DNA of 64,000 bases. Source: Candidatus Latescibacterota bacterium (GTDB taxonomy: Bacteria > Latescibacterota > UBA2968 > UBA8231). The stretch is from positions 2,496,001 to 2,560,000 of the forward strand of contig OZ244561.1 in assembly GCA_965217585.1 (NCBI GenBank), in the 5' to 3' direction. Shown here piece by piece: positions 57,112 to 64,000 of the stretch; position 1 is the stretch's first letter; each line of letters opens with the position of its first letter. Both the position numbers and the translations under genes were made by a program. The notes beneath the pieces were generated by a model, which saw only the letters and a list, made by a program, of their open reading frames with translations, had not been told where the DNA came from and searched no databases.

Positions 57112-57137
57112 AAAAAAGGCCGGACGTCGTCCGGCCT
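57112..57137 (-). terminator. Rho-independent terminator after the DtxR-family gene
   Basis: Minus strand aggccggac-gac-gtccggcct-ttttt. Confidence 0.8.
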
Positions 57138-57171
57138 GACAGATAGAAGTTGTGTCCCCTCGGGTCGGGAT

Positions 57172-57717
57172 CTACTCGCTCTCTGCTAGGGCAACCATGG
57201 GGTAGCCATAGCAGATGTCCTCACAGAGGTTGCACGATTCCACATCGCCAGCGCGGCACTCCTGGGCACCTTCGCGGAACATGCGGAGGAACTCGTTAGC
57301 CGAGGGTTTTTCCGAAAATAACACGCGCAAAAAACAGACCAGCCGCACCCGCGCTTCATTGCTGATTAGGTGCTCGACCTTGCAGGCGTCGATCATTGCG
57401 TCGTCCTCGTCCATACCGAGGGCGTCTTTGAGGAACCGCTGCACGACCAAACGCGTGGCCTCGGTCTCTTGCACCACCTTCAAGCCCTGTTCGGTAAGTT
57501 CGAGGAAGCGGTTGAGGTCCTCTTGCACATAGCCGCGCTCCTTGAGGTGCTTCATTGCCGTCGAAACGCTGCCTTTGGTGATGCTCAGGTGCTTGGCAAC
57601 ATCCGAGACGCGGGCGTAGCCGTGCGCCTCGCGCAGCTCGTGGATCGCCATTAGGTGATGCGCGGCACTGTGGCTTAGTTCGTTTTCTTCGTAGGCTCTC
57701 CAGACTTCCTCAAACAT
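57172..57717 (-). CDS. DtxR/MntR-family metal-dependent regulator
   Basis: GYARVSDVAKHL.I..GSVS HTH; DACKVEHLIS; Cys-rich tail. Confidence 0.88.
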   Translation of the reverse strand: MFEEVWRAYEENELSHSAAHHLMAIHELREAHGYARVSDVAKHLSITKGSVSTAMKHLKERGYVQEDLNRFLELTEQGLKVVQETEATRLVVQRFLKDALGMDEDDAMIDACKVEHLISNEARVRLVCFLRVLFSEKPSANEFLRMFREGAQECRAGDVESCNLCEDICYGYPMVALAESE

Positions 57718-57770
57718 GCGTTTCGCCTTTCTGCCTCCGCATAAGACGCAGGGCCTCGTATTGAGTCATG

Positions 57771-58841
<1,071 letters not shown>

Positions 58842-59105
58842 TCAACCGCTCATCGCTGCGGGCTATACGACTATCCAAAGGGATGATGAACGGAACTTTA
58901 CAGCCCGATGTAAAAACTTATATTGCACAGTTGCGGGAAGCGGGCAAGGCGGGCAAATCGGACTTGATTCTCAATTTTTGTCAATTTTTGTGTTGCAAAA
59001 AGCTAATGAATAAACCCAACCTCAGCAAGAGCACTACCGCTGGTCGAAATGAGCGATGGTGGCTAAGCTGAAGGGCAGGGAGGACGATCAAAGAATAGAG
59101 ACGCG

Positions 59106-60518
59106 ATGCGAGAGGAAGGCATAGCCTTAGAAAAAGCGCTGCTGTGCATCGACGAGCAGCAGCGGGCCTACATCGAACAACTGAAATCCTTTATCCGCAT
59201 CCCCAGCATCAGTGCTGGTGCCGATGCTGCCGCAGGCGACGGCCTCGCCCAAGCGGCCGATTTCCTCGTTGGCCAATTCAACCAAATGGGGTTTGAGGTC
59301 GAGAAGATCCAGGTGAGGGCCGCTACCAATCCTCTGGTCCTCGCCCGCAGCCCCGAGTTCTCGCCGGACCGACCCACCGTCTTGATCTATGGCCATTACG
59401 ACGTGCAAGGGGTGGACAATCCGCGCTCGGCTTGGGAGGTGGACCCCTTCGCCGCCGAGGAGCGGGACGGCTTCCTCATCGCCCGGGGAGCCAGTGACAA
59501 TAAAGGCCCCAGCTTCGCGCATCTGAAGGCAGCCGAAACCATCCTCGCCAATGGGAATCAGCTTCCGTTCAATCTGGTCTTCCTGATCGAAGGCGAGGAG
59601 GAATGCGGCAGCGCTGCGTTGAGCCAGTTTGTGGCCGAGGGCGGGCTTGGCGAATTTGCCCCAGTGCTCTGTACGGTGATTTCCGATACCAGCATGTACG
59701 GACCGAGCCAGCCCTCGCTGACTGTGGGTCTGCGCGGTATTGTCTATACCGAGGTCGAGGTTTTTGGGCCGGTGCAGGATGTGCATTCCGGCCTTTTCGG
59801 CGGCATTGTCCACAACCCCAACCAACTCCTCGTCAACGCCTTGTCCGACCTCATTGACGCCGAAGGGCACATTGCTGTACCCGGTTTCTACGAGGGGGTG
59901 CAGCCGCTCTCGGCCCGCGAAAAGAGCCTCTACGCCGCCCTCGCGGTTGACGAGGGTGCCTATTGCCGCACCTTGGGCGTGCCCTCGCTAGTGGGAGAAC
60001 AGGAATACTCCATCCTCGAAAGGCGCTGGACTCGTCCCACGCTCGACATCAACCTCCTCAGCGGCGGCAGCCCGCGCACTGTCATACCGGCTGTAGCCCG
60101 AGCTGCCGTCTCCTGCCGACTAGTGCCCGACCAAAACCCCGAACACATCCAAGCTGCCCTCGAAGGGCACATCCGCGCTCGGCTACCCGCAGGCACCCGC
60201 GTCGAGTTCAAAAACCAGCATTGCTCACCGGCCTACTACTTGGATCTAGACCACCCATTAGTCGCGCCAGCGCTCGAGGCGATGCGCAAGGGATTCGGAG
60301 TTGAGCCGGTGTTTACCCGCGAGGGCGGCTCCATCCCCATCGTCGTCGATTTTGCCGCCGCGACGGGTGCACCAATCCTGCTCATCGGTCTAGGGCAAAT
60401 CACCGACAATTGGCACGGCCCCAACGAGCGCTTTTCCATGCGTGACTTTCACTGCGGCATCCGCACTTCGGCCGCGCTCTTATGCGAGTTGGCGCGAGCA
60501 TCTCAGCGCGCAACCTAG
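59106..60518 (+). CDS. M20 family dipeptidase (ArgE/DapE-like)
   Basis: YGHYDVQ, ARGASDNKG, EGEEE.GS, GGSIP, HGPNE. Confidence 0.92.
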   Translation: MREEGIALEKALLCIDEQQRAYIEQLKSFIRIPSISAGADAAAGDGLAQAADFLVGQFNQMGFEVEKIQVRAATNPLVLARSPEFSPDRPTVLIYGHYDVQGVDNPRSAWEVDPFAAEERDGFLIARGASDNKGPSFAHLKAAETILANGNQLPFNLVFLIEGEEECGSAALSQFVAEGGLGEFAPVLCTVISDTSMYGPSQPSLTVGLRGIVYTEVEVFGPVQDVHSGLFGGIVHNPNQLLVNALSDLIDAEGHIAVPGFYEGVQPLSAREKSLYAALAVDEGAYCRTLGVPSLVGEQEYSILERRWTRPTLDINLLSGGSPRTVIPAVARAAVSCRLVPDQNPEHIQAALEGHIRARLPAGTRVEFKNQHCSPAYYLDLDHPLVAPALEAMRKGFGVEPVFTREGGSIPIVVDFAAATGAPILLIGLGQITDNWHGPNERFSMRDFHCGIRTSAALLCELARASQRAT

Positions 60519-60551
60519 TCCCGCCACCCTGCACAAGACGAGGAACCACTC

Positions 60552-61367
60552 GTGTCTATCTCCCACGCCCAAGTAACCCATTTCAAAAACCACGGCTACA
60601 CTGCGGTTGCCGATTTTTTTGATCCCCGCGAAGTCAAAGCCATGCAAGCCGAAGTCGAGCGCTTCAAACGCGAGGGCTTGGTCCGCAATGTCGCCACCGA
60701 GGGCGACGGCAAGACTCCCTCCATCTCCAAGGTCAACTTGCAACTTATTCCCCTGTACGACAAAAGCGATCTCATCCGCGCTTTGCCCTTTGACGAAAAA
60801 GTCACCATCGCCGTTTCACAGCTCATCGGCACTCCCTTCATCCTGCATCTAGATCAGATGTTTCTCAAGCCGGCCGGCCACGGCATTGGCACGGACTGGC
60901 ACCAAGACAACGCCTATTTCAAAATAGACGACCCATTAAAAGGCTCTGCCATGTGGGTTGCCGTTCACGACGCAACCATCGAAAATGGCACCATCCACGT
61001 CGTGCATGACTCCTTCAAGGAGGAATACCCGCATGACCGCGATCCTTACTCCGATCATCACATCCACTGCCAAGTACCCGAGGAGCGCGCCGTGCCTATT
61101 GAGCTAAAGGCTGGTGGCGTCGTCTTCTTCTGCTACGGCACTGCCCACGCTACCAAGGCGAATACCACCAATCGCGAGCGCGCCGGACTTGCCTTCCACT
61201 TCCTGCACACCGCCTGCGTCGATCGCGCCAACCTCATCGGCCAAAGACGCGGCCAGCCCATCTTGGTGGGGCCGGAAGCCACTGGCGGCAAAACCGAATA
61301 CGGCGTGCGAGTCGCTGGGACTTGGGAACGAGAAATCGAGCGCGTCCTCGAGGGAGCAACCAACTAA
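60552..61367 (+). CDS. PhyH-family dioxygenase
   Basis: FKNHGY, WHQDNAYF, ENG, AH.T..N. Confidence 0.9.
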   Translation: MSISHAQVTHFKNHGYTAVADFFDPREVKAMQAEVERFKREGLVRNVATEGDGKTPSISKVNLQLIPLYDKSDLIRALPFDEKVTIAVSQLIGTPFILHLDQMFLKPAGHGIGTDWHQDNAYFKIDDPLKGSAMWVAVHDATIENGTIHVVHDSFKEEYPHDRDPYSDHHIHCQVPEERAVPIELKAGGVVFFCYGTAHATKANTTNRERAGLAFHFLHTACVDRANLIGQRRGQPILVGPEATGGKTEYGVRVAGTWEREIERVLEGATN

Positions 61368-62425
61368 TGCCGCACATCAAACCCGACGACCTGCGCCAGA
61401 TAGGTTACCTGCTTTTCGAGACGGCCGGCTGCCCTCCCGCAAGCGCCCACGCCGTGACCGATCACTTAGTCGAGTCCTCCCTCTACGGGCACGACTCGCA
61501 CGGCAGCTTGCGCCTCTACGAATACGTCGAACAGATCCGAGACGGCATCTTTGATCCCAAGGGCCAGCCTTCTATTGTCAGCGAAAGACCCTGCATGGTG
61601 GTCGTTGATGGCGGCGGCACTATGGGCCAGATCGGCGGGACGTTCGCCACCCAGATAGCCATCGACAAGGCCGCCCAGTACGGGGTCGCTACCGCCACGC
61701 TGCGCAACTGCGGGCACGTCGGTCGGGTGGGGGCCTATCCGCTACAGGTCGCCCGCCAAGGCATGATTGGTCTAGCCTTTTGCAACGCCGGTCACCTCGG
61801 GCGACAGATCGCTCCCTACGGCGGGATCGACGGCAAGCTCAGCACCAACCCCATCTCCTGCGCCGCACCTCGGCGCAACGCCGATCCGCTCTTGGTCGAT
61901 ATGACCACCTCGGTCTGCGCCGAGGGCAAGGTCCGCGTCGCCCATAACCGCGGGGAGCAGCTACCCGAGGGCCGGATTATCGACCACGATGGCAACCCCT
62001 CTACCGATCCAGAGGCATTTGTCGGCGATCCGCCCGGCGCGATCCTGCCTTTCGGCGGCCCGGTGGCCTATAAGGGGTACTGCCTAAGTATGATAGTAGA
62101 GATTCTAGGCGGGGCTCTCAGCGGTCAGGGCTGTGCCAACGGCGAGACCGTCATGCAGAGCAACGGGCTGCACCTGACGGTATACAACATCGAGCACTTC
62201 GTCGAAATGGACTATTATTTCGACGAACTTGAAAGCCTCATCCGCCATGTATCCACCAGCCGCGTCGATCCGCACGTCGGCGAGATCCTGCTGCCCGGCG
62301 ACCCCGAATACCGCACGGGACGCCAGCGCCAAGAAGAGGGTATTCCCATCGACGACACGACTTGGGGCCACATCGTCGAGGCCGCACAAAGCCTTGGGCT
62401 AGACCCTCAGACTTGGTCACAATGA
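61367..62425 (+). CDS. Ldh_2 family (malate/L-lactate/ureidoglycolate) dehydrogenase
   Basis: GHDSHG, HVGRVG.Y, STNPI, DMTTS...GKV, PFGG...KGY. Confidence 0.9.
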   Translation: MPHIKPDDLRQIGYLLFETAGCPPASAHAVTDHLVESSLYGHDSHGSLRLYEYVEQIRDGIFDPKGQPSIVSERPCMVVVDGGGTMGQIGGTFATQIAIDKAAQYGVATATLRNCGHVGRVGAYPLQVARQGMIGLAFCNAGHLGRQIAPYGGIDGKLSTNPISCAAPRRNADPLLVDMTTSVCAEGKVRVAHNRGEQLPEGRIIDHDGNPSTDPEAFVGDPPGAILPFGGPVAYKGYCLSMIVEILGGALSGQGCANGETVMQSNGLHLTVYNIEHFVEMDYYFDELESLIRHVSTSRVDPHVGEILLPGDPEYRTGRQRQEEGIPIDDTTWGHIVEAAQSLGLDPQTWSQ

Positions 62426-64000
62426 TGACGGTGCCTCCGCAGGGGGACCGACAGCAGGCGCGGGATCTGCAGGGGATCCCTCTGCGGGGCATCCTTATCG
62501 GGGCGGTGCTAGCCCTGGTGCTCAACATCTGCGATACCTACGCGACCAATGCGATTCAAGGTTCCTACCTGACCCTCAACTTCAGCACCCCGGCCGCCCT
62601 CTTCTTATTTTTCTTCCTCGTCCTGACCAGCGCCGCGGTCGGCCTCCTCCACCGATGGCTGGCACTGACCCGGGCGGAACTGATCACCATCTACATCATG
62701 CTGGTGGTGGCCTGCTGCATCCCCGGCATGGGCTTCACCCAGTTCATGATCCCCTGCCTCCTCGGGTCGACCTACTACGCCACGCCCGAGAACAACTGGG
62801 ATTCCCTCTATAACCAATACATCCCCCAGTGGATGATCCCGCGCGGCGAGAACGTGGCCCGCTACTTTTTTGAGGGGCTGCCCGAGGGCATCTCGATCCC
62901 ATGGGGCGCCTGGGTCGTGCCGCTGAGCCTGTGGTTCGGCTTCTTCCTCGCCCTCGCCTTCGCGATGATCTGCGCGATGGTCATTCTGCGCAAGCAGTGG
63001 GTCGACAACGAGAAACTCAGCTACGCGCTGGTGCAAGTGCCGATGGAGATGATGCGACAGGAAGAAGGCGGCACCGTGGGCCGCTCGTTCTTCACCAACA
63101 AGACCATGTGGCTGGGCTTCGCCATTTCCTTCCTGCTGTTGAGCATCAACGGCGTGCACTCCTACTTTCCGGAGTTTCCCCACTTCGAGCGCGCCGTGGG
63201 CGTGCCCCTGTTCGGCAACACCTGGCTCAGCTTCTGGTTCAGCCCGCCCTGGACCGGGTTCTTCTATTTCGTCAACCTCGACATCTCGGCCTCAATCTGG
63301 GTCTTCTACGTCCTCGTCAGGCTGCAGCGGGGCATCTTCAACACGCTCGGCGTGCAGAGCACGCAGCGGATCGACTTCTACTCCGAAGATCCCTTCCTCG
63401 CCCACCAGGGTCTCGGGGCGATGATCGCCTTCGTCGTCGTCGGGCTGTGGGTGGCGCGCCGGCACCTGCGCGATGTGGTGGCGAAGGCCGTCGGCGGGCT
63501 GCGGGAGATCGATGACAGCGGCGAGATCCTCTCCTACCGGCAGGCGTTTTTCGGGCTGCTCGCCGGCCTGCTGACCGTCGCCGTCTGGCTGTGGACGATC
63601 GGCCTGCCCTTCCCAGTGGCGCTGCTGTTCGTCTTCGGCGCCATGATCCTGTTCCTGGCGCTGACGCGGGTGGTCGCCGAGGGCGGCATCCCGGCCATGC
63701 GTCCGCCCCTGATGACCTCGACCTTCGCGATCTCCGCGGTCGGCACCTCCTCCATCGGCACCCAGGGCCTGGTGGCGCTCGGCTTCTCCTACGGCTGGCA
63801 CGCCGAGGTCCGCTCCTTCGTGATGGCCTCGGTCGCCAACGGGCTGAAGATGAGCGAAATGATCCGCGGCCAGAAGCGCCGGCTGTTCTGGGCCATTGTC
63901 CTCGCCATCCTAGTCAGCCTGGCGGGCTCCTCCTACGTCACCCTGGTCATGGCGTACGAGCACGGCGGCATCAACCTCAACCCCCTGTTCTTCTCCTGGC
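62422..64000 (+). CDS. DUF6785-like polytopic membrane protein (putative peptide transporter); runs off window
   Basis: Open frame from ATG 62422; LT.AEL..IY.M, YYATPENNW, ILRKQW...EKL.Y.L..VP; many TM segments. Confidence 0.75.
   Translation, partial: MMTVPPQGDRQQARDLQGIPLRGILIGAVLALVLNICDTYATNAIQGSYLTLNFSTPAALFLFFFLVLTSAAVGLLHRWLALTRAELITIYIMLVVACCIPGMGFTQFMIPCLLGSTYYATPENNWDSLYNQYIPQWMIPRGENVARYFFEGLPEGISIPWGAWVVPLSLWFGFFLALAFAMICAMVILRKQWVDNEKLSYALVQVPMEMMRQEEGGTVGRSFFTNKTMWLGFAISFLLLSINGVHSYFPEFPHFERAVGVPLFGNTWLSFWFSPPWTGFFYFVNLDISASIWVFYVLVRLQRGIFNTLGVQSTQRIDFYSEDPFLAHQGLGAMIAFVVVGLWVARRHLRDVVAKAVGGLREIDDSGEILSYRQAFFGLLAGLLTVAVWLWTIGLPFPVALLFVFGAMILFLALTRVVAEGGIPAMRPPLMTSTFAISAVGTSSIGTQGLVALGFSYGWHAEVRSFVMASVANGLKMSEMIRGQKRRLFWAIVLAILVSLAGSSYVTLVMAYEHGGINLNPLFFSW

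Overview
GC-rich (roughly 60% by eye) bacterial chromosomal window. The gene content suggests an FCB-group heterotroph such as Ca. Latescibacterota or a Poribacteria-like sponge symbiont; this is an inference from ten PhyH-family Fe/2OG dioxygenases, sulfatases, Gfo/Idh/MocA oxidoreductases, a PorV-like barrel and a DUF6785-type transporter. 1-33 kb is mostly catabolic: sugar-acid dehydratases and aldolase, dioxygenases, a PQQ dehydrogenase and sulfatases. It also holds a low-GC islet where a Phd/YefM-like gene under a palindromic operator precedes an orphan DNA methyltransferase. The most notable region is a minus-strand cluster at 33.9-49.7 kb. It encodes a NarL-type regulator, a 6-bladed beta-propeller, a 74-aa double-glycine Cys/Trp-rich peptide, a 16-bp hairpin, a CxxC redoxin, a BtrH/C39-like papain-fold protein, a membrane fusion protein and two RND permeases. 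I read it as a candidate RND-exported, disulfide-bonded peptide system, now interrupted by three IS elements. Three short decayed copies of gene ends bracket cargo genes and may be scars of homology-facilitated gene acquisition. 50-64 kb has a DUF433/DUF5615 TA pair with a nonsense-mutated toxin, MscS, ogt, gap, a DtxR-family regulator and more catabolic genes. I saw no rRNA, tRNA or CRISPR array. All family calls come from motif recognition, not database searches.
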